Source: Bugula neritina
Lineage: Eukaryota; Animalia; Bryozoa
Direction: 5' to 3'
Length of the DNA stretch: 64,000 nt
NCBI GenBank assembly: GCA_964035545.1
Contig: OZ037765.1
Coordinates: 20,026,995-20,090,994 of the forward strand
Below, piece by piece: positions 51,701 to 64,000 of this stretch. A program made the position numbers and the translations under genes. The notes beneath the pieces are model-generated. The model ran no database searches. It was not told the DNA's origin and was given only the letters and a program-made list of their open reading frames with translations. Position 1 is the stretch's first letter, and each line of letters starts with the position of its first letter.

Positions 51701-54700
51701 TCTTGTTATAAAACAAAATAGTCTAGCCATCCACCCTCAAAGGGGTGGTCTAGTGATAGCTAAGATATAGATGAATATTTTCGTGCTATATAAGTAAAGT
51801 GTGTCAGGGATTCTTTAACTTTGCAAATTTTAAAACTGCACATTGTACAAGGATTAGTTTCTAGTACTAAGGGCCTGCAACATTGCCAGTCACCAAAAAC
51901 AAAAGTTGTAAAATATAAAAACCAGTTACAATTTAATGCTAAGTTAGTAACGTCTCGTGTATTTGTAAGATTTAGCTACATCACTTCATTCTCAAAATAA
52001 ATGGCATATTTTAAGCTTAATTTATTGTGCTTAAATCTCATGTATGTAGCTTTACGTTTAATCGGTGTATAGGTATTGAACTACCTACTATGTAAAAATA
52101 TGAATATGTTATCATTTTCATGTCCATATTTTAGTATTTTTGTGTGAATCAGTAGGCTAATTAATTTTTTGGTCATGATTTTAATACGACTTGAATCATA
52201 TTGCATTGTGTATTGCATTTGCATAAGTGGATGTTGCTGACATTGTTTACATACTGTGGTCAACCTAAACAGCTTTTATTTTTAACATTCCCATCAAGTG
52301 TTCAATCAATATTTTAGGCTCCACCATGTTATGGCGATTTAGGGAAAAAGGCAAGTGATCTTCACACAAAGAACTTCCGTGAGTGAAATCATGTTCTATT
52401 TTGTCAATTTTGCTTTTTTGTAAGACAGTGCTCCCCTCCGTAGCTCACAGAACCCTTTCTTACGAAGTTCCATAGGTCACAAGAAAGGTTTGCTCTCCCC
52501 CCCTCCCCTATTGTGTGTATAGAGACAAAATGGCTGAATTTAACGGATCTGTGAATTAAGTCTAATATTCTTCTATGTCACAAATTAAGGTTTCGGGATC
52601 TCCAGCTTAAAGAGATACAGAGGGAGCACTGTATTTAATAGTTTATCCATTTATGTTCTTATTTCTCAACTGTGATCACTTGACAAACCTGTCATTTCCT
52701 GCAGTCAACATACCTGTGCGTTTAGTTACATTGACATGTGAAGAATTTAGTGTTTAATAAGATCGTAAGATTGCTATAATTTCTAGCTTTGCTTGCTCTG
52801 AATTCATGATACTTTGTCATTATTATATGCAGAATGTGCCATCATAAAAAGCTTTCTTTTGCTTGTCTACCTACTCACTACATTGTTTTAGACCCCGGAA
52901 TGGTAAAGTTTGAAGCTAAAACCAAGACGCAAAGTGGCATAAAGCTGGCTACAACTGGGCAGTCCAATATTGAAAGTGGAAAGACTTTTGGTTCTATGGA
53001 ACTTACATACAGCTGTTCAGATTATGGTAAAATCTGATGTAATTGTATTAACCAATAGTATTGAACCAGTGGCTGCTAAGCAAATACTTGTATTATATTT
53101 AATATTGAATCTGTTTTAAAAGCTTTTTTGCTCTGTGTAGTTTGCTTTGGACACTTTTCAATAGAATGATTGCATTTAAAAAATTCTTAGTAATTTGCAA
53201 AACTGTGTCATACTCAGAAGTCATAGTTTTAATATATGTCTTTTTTTTTGTTTCAATTATGAATAAATCCTTTAGGTCTGAAGTATGTGGAGAAATGGAA
53301 TACAGATAATCTGCTGACCATAGACACGTCCATTGAAGACAAGATACTGAAAGGTCTGAAGACTTCGTTTATCACCTCATATAATGTATCAACCACTAAG
53401 AAAAAGGGCACTATCAAGGCCAGCTACAAACACGACTATGTCAATCTCAGCACCGATGTTGATTTGGACTACGCAGGTCCCACCATAAAGGGATCAGCGG
53501 TCTGTGGGTGAGAATCGGTTACTGTTTCTTTCAGCCATTTGCTTTTGCTCAGAATCAGTCTGTATGCTGACGCAACTCAACATGCAAACTGTAGTTACAT
53601 GGAGCCATACCATGCACTCAAATGGTTTCCACAAATGTGCAGCTACTGACTACTAGTTTACTCAAACATTTTTCAAGTTGTACAGCAAGTAGGATTGTTA
53701 CAAAGCTATCAAGCCTACAGCATTTATAAAATGACTAATGGAACTGCTATCAGTGCCATCTTATAGACTGTTGGGCCGTGGGTAAAATATATACTGTTTC
53801 TGCTAGGTACAAAGGTTGGTTGGCTGGCTACCAGGTGGCGTTGAATGCCTCACAGAATAAACTTACAGCTAATAATTTGACATTGGGCTATGATGCCGGA
53901 GACCATGTGTTCAACGCAGCTGTGTAAGTGTTATCTTCTCTCTTTGTAACATGATTCACCTCACTATTGAAATAAAAGTTCCTCTGCTTATTTTTTTCTG
54001 TTATTGTGTTTTGTTGTCTTGTTTTTTTTATATTATGTCATGATATCATTTGGATCGGTTTTAGAAATAACGGCAGCGATTTTGCTGGCTCTTACTACCA
54101 TAAACTGAGCTCCAGCATGGAAGGAGGCCTTCAGGTCGGCTGGTCATCTGCCACCAACTCCTCTCAGGCTAGCCTGGCAGCCAAATATAGCCTTTCTCCC
54201 GACACCTCAATGAAAGTAAAGGGTGCCATGAATGGCGAAGTTGGACTCTCTCTTCAGCAGAAAGTAGCAGACTGTGAGTATTAGTTTATATATTTACAGC
54301 AGCTGGTGTGTAACAACTTCTAAATACAGCTGAGTATTATAAATTTGGACAATGATTGATGATAGGGTCGAGAAGGGTGTTAACTGTTACTGTATTTCCC
54401 TTACGTGGGCTACCTTCCCATTTCATAACTGAAAGGTTTGTGCAATAAGTGCAGTTAAAGCTTGTCATATAGGTGACATTTTAATTAGATTCTAGGTCTT
54501 GTCCCCAGCTCACGTGTTTATTTCATGCCGAATGTGTCAACAATAAATTGCATGTTTAAAATAGTATAACAATATAATATAGCCAGTTATAAAATCATAC
54601 AATTGATACAAAATCTCACAATAGGGGAAGATGAAAAAATATTTTTTTAACCTAAATATATAAATTATGTACATATTATGTATAGAATTAATTAAATATT

Positions 54701-54861
54701 TAACCTCCTGTGTTGTACTCATACATCCCTTATATTTAAGAATAATATAGTCGTCACTTCTTTTCACAGGTCTCACTCTTACTCTCTCCAGTGTCCTGGA
54801 TGCCAAGAACTTCTTTGCTGGTGGACATAGAGTTGGCATGTGCCTTGACTTTGAACAATAA
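45716..54861 (+). CDS. VDAC: Voltage-dependent anion channel (mitochondrial porin), divergent
   Basis: ATG|gtaaat at 45716-45718 (inferred first coding exon), then exons 52318-52378, 52892-53026, 53276-53507, 53807-53923, 54065-54273, 54770-54861; motifs APPCYGDLGKKASDL, YGLKYVEKWNTDN, GWLAGYQ, KNFFAGGHRVG. Confidence 0.92.
47697..49423 (+). CDS. KolX-like / P2X7 C-terminal (Zn-binding ballast)-like protein, ~210 aa
   Basis: Exons 47697-47897, 48899-49106, 49200-49423 join in phase with no stops: YQFEP, WCTCHRC, SVCC, CITQH, RFCSYRFLVFW, GERRPLPAC, FP. Confidence 0.85.
49825..51075 (-). pseudogene. THAP-domain N-terminus of a truncated Kolobok transposase
   Basis: Exons 51075-50816, 50316-50158, 50026 onward: CEAAMC...FKWP...W...LCFQHF...LEKTAVPTI (C2CH plus AVPTI box); no room for, or trace of, the DDE core before the KolX 3' end. 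Confidence 0.82.
52426..52631. mobile_element. Tc1/mariner/Tigger-like MITE in VDAC intron 2
   Basis: TIRs CAGTGCTCCC(C)TC / GAGGGAGCACTG; TA on the right flank, GA on the left. Confidence 0.7.
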
Positions 54862-55155
54862 TGATGTAATTTGATTCCAGTGTATGGCAAGTTAGGTGTT
54901 GCACTTTTTAACTGTTTTGTTGTTATACTTCTGTACTTGTAATGACAATTAGTTTTTCATTATTTTTGGAACTTTAGTAAATTTGTCACCATAATTTCTG
55001 ATGTGTATATTCGTCGATTCTGTTTGTATTTTGGAATAATACTTTGGCGTAAAACACTGTAGAGTCCTATTCTGTTCAAGCTTTTCCTCTCAATCTTGCT
55101 CAAAGTGACCATAAGCTTCAGGGTCTGCGAGACATTTCATGCTCTATCAGCGATG

Positions 55156-56591
55156 TCACACTATAAGTGATATTTCTTCCTCTTTTATAAAAGCATTGGA
55201 ATTCATTTCCTCAATTCTACATAACATAATTACCTGATATTCTTATAATCAAGTATAATATTGAAACTATTCCTCAACAGAATTGTCACTGAACCAAGTG
55301 ATCAATTATAGTACTAACCGTTGGTTAGATTGGCTTTCTGACATATGAAGTCGTTCCCTCATGCTTTTCACCATTATTTGGCGAGCTGATAACTCCCTTT
55401 GTGCAACTTCATCTAAATATGAATGCAGCTGATTTTCATCAGTAGGCTTTGTTTGTAAAGACCTAATAACCATTTTCACAGATTAAATACATACATATAT
55501 TATACTATATTTCATAGTAACTGTAGGAGTTGTTTGTGTTGAGTAAACTCAACAACTGTAACTCATGGCATCAGAAAATATATATTTCTGAGCATAATTT
55601 AGTGAAACTGGTGAAGCTCATATTATAACTCAATCTGTGGACAGATGTATATGTATATCTGAAAAGTATTAACAAAATTTATAATAACTAGAGTAGTAAC
55701 TGTATTTTAAGGGGCTGGGACCTTGAAGCATTCACAAATTTCCAAAAAAGCTACTCCATGTATGAATGAGCACTGATTAATTGGGTAATTGAGCAGCAAT
55801 TTTGAAATAATTAACGTTCATTCCTATCATTACTTTTGCAAATTGACTTGGTTAACTTGCAAGCTCTGCGATCAATTTTGACCACAAAGTTAATCTGCCC
55901 ACTGTTCTATATAATAAAGCTAAAAACTTGTTTAATAATTCCAAGTGTAAGAGTCACCATATTTAGTAGTTATTTCAACTATTATATTGATTCAATAAAG
56001 CAAAAAGTTGCAAACTTATATAAGCCTATATAACTAGTTGCATTGATAGCATGCATTTTGTTTCCTCCTACATATATCAGCTATATATCCAAGAAATAAG
56101 TTATTTATTAAACACTTCATTGTTTATAGAATAAAGCAGAAAAACTAATTTTTTAAAATGCTAAATGGCACCTTACTTATCTTTTCATCTGAATTTGTAG
56201 TGTCTATGCAATAAAAAGTTAATAACTCACTTGATAAAAAAGAAAGCTAGAGAGAGCACATATATAGATATGACAACGAGAATATAAATGGCTGCATTGT
56301 CATCACCACTTGTTTTGGTCTGGTTTGCTGTTGCATTCAAACTTGAAGTATTACAACTAAAAAACCAATAAGAGAGAAACATTAACAAATGGTTTGCTAT
56401 AGTCTGTACATATAACATAAAACTACTCTCTTCAAAATATTTCATATTGTGAAAGTGTTATTCAAAACTTCAAATTTATAACTCATAACTATTTACTTTG
56501 CATGCATCAGACATAAAAAGATCCCTGAACAGAGTCAAATTACAAATAAACTAATTTGGACTTACTTTGTTGACAAAAGCGTTAGATTCAT
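55156..56591 (-). CDS. 118-aa single-pass membrane protein with KCNE-like architecture
   Basis: Four exons 56591-56566, 56356-56231, 55462-55319, 55216-55156, all phase-2 junctions and open; four N-x-S/T sequons before one hydrophobic helix; no signal peptide. Confidence 0.75.
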
Positions 56592-57077
56592 GTTTGTAGA
56601 GTGTATGGCAACTGGGCAGTAGTTTGGACACAAAGCTTATAGTCCCTGGCTACTCGAATGCAGAAACAGACTAGGTAGAGCCTAGGGCGGCTGCAGGCTA
56701 ATTGAGTGTACTGTTTATACATAAAGGTCAGCAAAAGCGAAATGCCACTGTTCTTAACTAATTGTTTAATGCCAACTCACTTTTGCAAGCATTCAAGTGT
56801 GAGCCTGTAATTTAGGGTTGGCTGAACTTTCTTTAGCTCTAGTAGGGAAGGAACTATTTGCCATAAAAAAATATGACCACAGAGTAAAATTGTAAAACAA
56901 GTTGCTCCCACCCTGAATGGACCTACAGTCTTTCAACTCGGACGCCAGTTGCTACCTATTACACTAGAAGGGGCTACTGGCAAACCACAACACAACGAAA
57001 ATTAGAATTTTTTTAATTTGAAAGAGCTTAATTTTTCTTCTCCACTGCAGGTAATTAGATTATAATAGTTTTAGTGA

Positions 57078-57233
57078 GCGTTTCCATGACTGCGCATAAT
57101 GCGAATGAATGCCCCGTACGGATTATTTGTGGTTTGTGGTTTCAATTAACTTATATTTGCGGTTTGATTCGATGTAACTGTTTCCATTAGCCGAATGAAA
57201 AAATCCATTCGCATAATGCGATAATGGAAACGC
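57078..57233. mobile_element. Small MITE (possibly PIF/Harbinger-like)
   Basis: Inverted ends GCGTTTCCAT..GCATAATGCGAATG / CATTCGCATAATGCG..ATGGAAACGC. Confidence 0.55.
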
Positions 57234-58528
57234 AGGGACAGTCCACAGTGCTGTCATAGCTGCAGTGTCCAGCTGTGCTATAACATAACTTTTTTAATTC
57301 AAATGGCTGCTTGCTTAAAGTTCTTCACATAAGTTGTACACCCGAGTGTTATAATAACCAGAACTTTAATTTCAGCTGCTCCTCTATATATCATACTACA
57401 GCACTTTTACCAAATTTTCCGAGCAAAATACTGATTCAGGGTCTGTGGTAATGCAGCATGAAATAAGACTCAAGTGAGAAATAGCAGTTGTGCTTGAGAA
57501 AAAAGCAGCTTGTTCAGTCGGTGCGATTTCTAAAGTGACGATTAGTTGTCTCCCCTGCTATGCAGAGAGCGCACAACTGTGAACTACAGTTATCTGGCCA
57601 AACTGATATATAACTTGTGTTGCAGGTGTGGTCAAGTAATATATGCATATGTAATACAATATGATATTCTATTACATGAGAGAGAGTGGATGTGTAGAAA
57701 TGTGGCTGCTGTGTGTGTGCGCGCCGTGTTGCCTATCTGGTTACAAACTGTCCATGCAGTGTTTATCCATGTGGTATAAAAGCTTCTGCATGATTCAAAG
57801 GTTTTTAAGATTCAATAGCTATATATTTAAAAAAAATTGATTTATATAGCACAGGATTCAAAATTGTTCAATTTTTTTCTTTTTTGTCACTGTTTAGTTT
57901 TTGGCATTAAGAACTTAGTGAGATACCTAAGCCCATTGTTTATGAGGTATATAGCCCACTTATCTCATAAGAGTTTTACATAAGTTATTTGAAAAAAAAA
58001 ATGATTGCTTCAGCCCGGTTTTATCTGCTGACTAGTAACATTCCATGAAGCATCACACCAGGAGAAGGTGCTTTTAGGCGCTTTGATCATTAAGCATTGT
58101 TGTTGAAACCAAGCCAAACAAATTATAATGTACATGCTTGAGACTTTGTGGAATCGTTACAGTTAACCATGCTTTCAAATTAGTCGCAGCTGAATTATCC
58201 AGTTTCACTATAATATGTTATTGATTAGATATATGGGTTGCATTATAAAAGTAGCCTAGGTGTTCTATTTTCTAAGAGCTATATATATGTCTTTAAATGA
58301 GGAAACATTCATACAAAATATAATTTGAAGAGGCCTTTAATATTTGTAAATTAAGGAAAAAAACATATAAATTAATAGTATAAAATATTGCTATAAAGAA
58401 AAATATAGACATCAACCTGCGAATAAGCATTCCATTTTATGCATTTGTGCGAAATCTCTTTTTGTGATTCATATAATCTTTACTTAATAAAACTTTCTGC
58501 ACTAATATCTCTAGCTACAATAACTCTT

Positions 58529-61500
58529 CTAATGTTGCGGCATTGCAGTTATAATCTCAAAATGCCTACAGTTTAGTACATTCCTACTCAACTCTGTTGA
58601 AAGACAAGATTGTAAAGCATAATTATAGTTTTCAGTTTCATCTGAATTACCTTCATCATCAGAGTAAACAATCTGTGAAGGTCTATCTCTTCTTTTTCTG
58701 TCCATATCTGATAGAAAGTTATTTGTATCCTCTATAGTCTTTAACAAGTTCTGGTGTACTCTTTCCTTCATAGCCTGAACATTCTCAGCTTCTGGTACAG
58801 GGGTGGGTGGTATTGGAGTGATATCCTCCTCCACATCACTACGTACGTCATTTAGATCACAGCTATGACCACTCAACTCCTCACTCAATGCTAAACTGTT
58901 AGAAGAGAACACACTAGAAGCTTCTCCGCCAGTTGGTATGCTAACATCTACTTGTCTAGCTGAAGAACTCCGTACAGGAGCTCTACCCACTGAGCTGCTG
59001 ACTTCTCGACCATGTGCTGCCGACCGAGAACTTCTTTGAGACAGAGCGCTCATTCGCCTTAATGACAGTTTTACTGGTTGTCCAATGTTCTGTACCGTGT
59101 TCATGTCCTCTAGTTTTGTGCCATCAGTATGATGATTGAATAGTTTATACTGTTCAGTACTCATAGTTTTAGATGACTCATGTTTTGCAGAAGAAGGTTG
59201 TCTTGCTGATCGCCTCTGATTTCTTTGCTGCTGCTTCAAACTTAAGCTGCTTTGAATCGTATCTTTTGGTAAGGCAAAATTCAGAAACACTTTGGAGCCA
59301 GAAGGCCCATTGACTGTTATTGTTGGTGTTGGAACCTTGCCAGTTCTCTGAAATACTGATTGATATACAGGTTTCGTTAGCAGTTTTCCTTTTGAAGCCA
59401 TTTTCTACAACAATACAGTATGACTAGGCATGTGGTACTGCAGCTGAGAAGCAAAATCTCTACAAGCATTGAACAGTTGGTGATATTTTTTATTAAATAT
59501 CAATTTCACGAATATGGAAAAATTAATACTAAAACATCTACAGACCTGCTGGTTACCATTCCCTTCGTCTGCTTCAGTTGAAGATGTCTCTGGCTGTTTA
59601 GGAATGACTTGGTAGGAAGGCATGCTGCACTGTCTTATAATGTTAGCTCTAACCACTGCTGGAACTGTGGGAGTCTTTATTCTATTTTTATCCGATTTAT
59701 TAGGACTAGAAAAACAAAACTTTGGTTGTTTCTTGCCTTTTGCCAACAATTTGGTTGAGTTTTCCGAATGTTTAGTGGAGGCTTTTGTTTGTTCAGCTGA
59801 GTCTTCTTGTGAGAATGGCAGATTTGTTTCGTTGTGCAAATTCAACAGCTCACCTTCGTACTCATCACCACTCATGGTAGAAAGAACTGGAGAGGAAATG
59901 TGAAGGTCTCTATTCTTAACAAACTCGGAAGTTACTTTCGGTGCAAGAGACACGACTTCATCATAAGTCAATTCATTCTCTGAGCTTTCCTGCAATAGAA
60001 TTATATATAACAATCAGCTATGGAATAGTTTATTATGTATAATATACAAATTTTAATTAATTGCTGCATCTAACATTTGCAAAAAGTTTCAATGATTTGA
60101 TCTAATTAATACCACTTAATTGCAGATTTTAGAAAAAATATCAAATGTTCCAGCTTTCATTATTTGATTTTCACTTAAATACACAGCTTTACTGTATTAA
60201 AATCTGACCTATTGCATTTAGTTTTTATCAATGTTTTACAGAATAAAAAAGAGAATTTTTATGATAAACTTGTAGCAAGCATTTAGTACGGTTAACATGG
60301 GCTATCTGTTGTCTAATAATCACTCAGTATATTACTACCATTGCAGCCGCAGTTTTCACTTCAATGTGTGTAATGGGAGTTTTCCTTCCAAACAAACCAG
60401 TCGTTTCACTTTTCTCACGATGGATTCTGTAGTTATCGGGTCTTCTTGTTGTGTTTGATGGTGAATATACATTTGGTGAATAGTCTTGGTTAAATACTAT
60501 TGGAGTTGTCTTATTTAAACTCTACAAATTCACAAATAACAATTTTTGAAATGTAGACAAAGTGCGGTGTTAATATATAACCTTACCTAATATATATACC
60601 TTGTGACTAGCTTATAATAAATTCACAGAATAAAAAAGTGAAGTGATATACACTAAAGATGATCACCAGCAACAAGTGCTGTAAAAGCTCAAATAGAATT
60701 TTAAGACAAGACTAGTTGCTATACTAGTTTGTAACAACAATTATATTGATAGAAAATAACTTGTAAGTAGAATAGGAAATCAATTAATTAATTCCTTTAG
60801 TTTATTTTAACTCCAATTATTATTTTAGGTTTCAAAAATTAGCATCCAACCATTTTTTGAATAACAATTGGCCGTAAAATGTTTTATAAAAATATATACA
60901 GACACTACACTTTTTAATAAATTTTCAATATGAATGCTGTAAGTTTTCAAATAACAGCTAATAGAGTGGTAACAGCTATTCTGGTGAAAATAAAGTACAA
61001 TATATAGCACATTTTTTAAATTAGCTCCTTCATTAAAAACTCCAACTTGATTGCGTTCACAGCTTCTATTCTCAATAACATATGTGATGTTGGAAATGCT
61101 AGTAAATGATTCAATAATTGAAACAAGTTATTGTTAAACAAACAGCAACATATCCGAAGCAAAAATTCATGTGAAATTGATGAAGAACAAACATAAAATC
61201 AACATAACAGATATTTATAGATTTAAAGATTTTAGAATAAGAAAATGCATAAATTACTGTTATTAAATATTCAAGTCAAAATTCTCAAGAAAGAGGTATG
61301 TAAATTTTTTATTACAAATGCATGCATCTTAATTTATAAAATCAAATTTCTTCATTAAGCAGTACACTTGAACTGCATGTTTTAAATCTAATTTTAAAAT
61401 CTCCAAAACATCCTCAGACTACTCAACAGAGATATTCAACATATCAACTATAACCTGGAGGTAAGTGCATTGACTGAAAATGGAGAAAAGTCCGTGTTCT

Positions 61501-63320
61501 AAACTAGAAATGCAGCAAAAGAAGTTGTGTTCTTGCAAAAATTTGAAACCCCTCTCCTTTATCGAAAATCAAATCTACTAAGAAAATAAAGAACTTAGGC
61601 TATTACAATTTCTCTACTCTTGCAACCAGACGTATAACTCACAGGTTTATCTTCAAGCTTTACTTCTCCAGTGGAATGGATTACTTTGCTAACAAGAGTA
61701 GCTTGTTCAAAAGATAGTGGCACTGCACTCTCTTCTCTGCAGAATACCACAACATGCAATCTACACAAACTACAGATATGCAACATAAATGCATACAAGA
61801 ATAAACATTTCCTTTGTAAATAATACCATCACTTTAGCAAATGGTGTGAACACTCAACCTTTTAGCTTAATATATACTCCTCTTTCATCAAAAACAAATA
61901 ACTACGCATCATACAGTAAGTGTGTATAGAAACAGATTTAATTAAATCAAACTGAAATAAAGAGCATCATTTTTTTCAGCAGTAACCTTTGCTTAAATTA
62001 TGAAACAAACTTGTAATACAATAAAATGCATTGTGGTTTAACATGAACTACTTGAAAAATAACTTTATTGAATTCATGTAATTGACATTGTGACATGACT
62101 GGTGATAGAAGTAGTTAGACCGTATTAGAGCACATACCGATCAGCTGTAGCAACTGATGGCGGTTGTAGCAGCTCATTTTCCGAATCTGCACGATTCATA
62201 CCTTTAGTTTTGCAATTGTTGCCTGTAAAAACGGTAAAAAATAACTATCAATACCAATTCTAGTAACTTAATACGTACGACTGAATTCATTACCTACAGC
62301 ATGCATGTAAAATACACCTCTTTTTAATAAGATTCATGTATATAATTAAAGTAAAACTCAACATTATTTTGCCTATACCATTGGACCAACATTGTATTGC
62401 CTATAGTCCTATACCATTGGATCAATGTCAATATAAATCATTAGTAACATTACCCATATATGATGTGTGGGGTCTTGGCTTCTTAGACTGAGCACCTACT
62501 GATGAACAATCCTGTGCAGCTTGAAAAAGTTTTTGAAGATGTAAAGAGGAAGTAGGGGGTGGGGCACTAACAGAGCGGGTATGAGTATCACGACATTTCA
62601 CATATCTCATGGTGTGTGTGTCCCATATAAGCTTTGTTACACCCACCACAGTAGGCTGTCCATAGTTGGACAAAGTTTGGTGAAGTTTGTATATGATAGA
62701 TTCACCGTCTGCCTCCGAAGCCTGACCTGATAACATTAGTGTAGTAGCATGTATATGTGTCATAGTTTTAGAAAGCAGTCTGAATGCTTTATAGGTAAGT
62801 TAAAAGTTCAAACTAAAATTGAAAATCATACTGAAAATGTTTTATAATTATATAAAGCCCGACCTGAACTACTTGGTCTAATTAATACATGTTGTAAATC
62901 ATTGTTAGACTATAAGGACAATAAATAAAAAGTAAATACCTTCAGAAGTTACATCACGAGATCGCTGAGAAGATGCTGTTATTGGCCTACTCTTTCCTTT
63001 TATTTTCCTAGACAAATGAGATAGATTATAATATTTCATTTCTAATAAATTGTGTAAATTCACACCTCTAAATGAAAATATATGAGGAACCATAAGCATC
63101 AAAGCTGACTTTTAGTGCAATTTTACGCACATAAATAATCATTCAAAAATTGCAAAATATAAGAGTCATGATAAAATATACATACTTTTGTATCTTTGAG
63201 TTCTTTTTCGAACACTCATTGTTCTGGGCTAAGAGATCAAATGGCTCTACAGTCATTGAAAGTTTTGGCTGTGCTTGAACCACATTAAACTGGGTCTCCA
63301 AGCTATCAAGAGGTTTTCTC
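58529..63320 (-). CDS. 3' part of a multi-exon gene for a Ser/Pro/acidic low-complexity protein of unknown function
   Basis: Long open exons 59404-58529 and 59990-59545 join in phase 0; further exon-like ORFs near 60300-60520, 61600-61740, 62140-62222, 62430-62725, 62939-63068 and 63186-63320. The 5' end is not resolved. Confidence 0.7.
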
Positions 63321-64000
63321 TACAAGAAAATGCTGATCCATGTAAACGTTGGTAATTTAATATTGTGAATATTATTATACATACATGTTTATAAATTGTA
63401 AGACCTCAAAACTTAAAATAGAATAGCTTTTAACTCAAATATGTTTTATTTTATTGTATGGACTAATAGTAGAGTGTAGGCACAAAAGAACATATAATAA
63501 CTAATATTTGTTTATATAGCAACAAAGCAATATTGGAAACTTTTTAAAATATTAGTGAAATAATTGATTAGATTACCTACTCATAAACTTCAACTTCAAC
63601 TGTCCAAGATTAACTTATAATCAGGGTATTTAAAAAATATAGCCATCTGCACCAGACTCCACACTGCAAACAGTTAAATTTTAGCAGGTGAAAAAACACA
63701 CTGGAAGGCACTTGGTATTTTCTATCCTAAGCAACAATGTTAGTTTGAAAGATGTAAATAAGCAACACGTTGTTACAAATAATGTCTTTACTAGGCACTC
63801 TTAGCTACCTAGTATATGCATTCTATTCTTTTACTTGAATTATGAGTAACATTATTACGTTATTGACTATTGGTTTGTGAATACAGTAACCTTCAGTGAA
63901 CAATTATTATTGTTCACAAGATGAGTGAATAACAAGAATAAATTTAATAAAAACAGGTGTAATAGTAATATGTACCATAAAATGATGCAAGGATCAGTCA

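Larger units (their letters stand above)
47240..51814. mobile_element. Kolobok-type DNA transposon, internally deleted, in VDAC intron 1
   Basis: TTAA at 47236-47239 and 51815-51818; TIRs start AG and are near-perfect for ~60 bp (imperfect to ~140 bp); convergent THAP and KolX-like genes. Confidence 0.9.

Noticed and set aside
56178-56203. Extra micro-exon in the KCNE-like gene
   Set aside because: It would need a 27-nt intron and introduces a stop.

Overview
AT-rich, intron-rich eukaryotic (invertebrate animal) genomic DNA; the species cannot be determined from this window. Genes rebuilt by hand from GT/AG boundaries and reading phase, left to right: (1) the 5' end of a secreted-protein gene running off the left edge, head-to-head with (2) a small secreted vWFA-domain gene; (3) four paralogous secreted carboxylesterases (COesterase/type-B family), A on the minus strand and B, C, D on the plus strand, with B frameshifted; (4) an inverted duplication carrying a possible spliced microgene; (5) a divergent VDAC/porin; (6) a 118-aa single-pass membrane protein with KCNE-like architecture; (7) the 3' part of a Ser-rich gene of unknown function. 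Introns and intergenic DNA hold many mobile elements: a 4.6-kb Kolobok-type DNA transposon (TTAA TSD; intact KolX/P2X7-C-terminal-like gene plus a truncated THAP gene) in VDAC intron 1, a dead hAT (Charlie/Buster type) transposon whose transposase has a GC-AG intron containing a tRNA-like sequence, two copies of a 1.3-kb TA-flanked TIR element, MITEs, tRNA-derived SINEs and a solo LTR. The most notable non-coding signal is a ~230-bp palindrome in an esterase intron that encodes a minimal (Penelope-type) hammerhead ribozyme motif on each strand.
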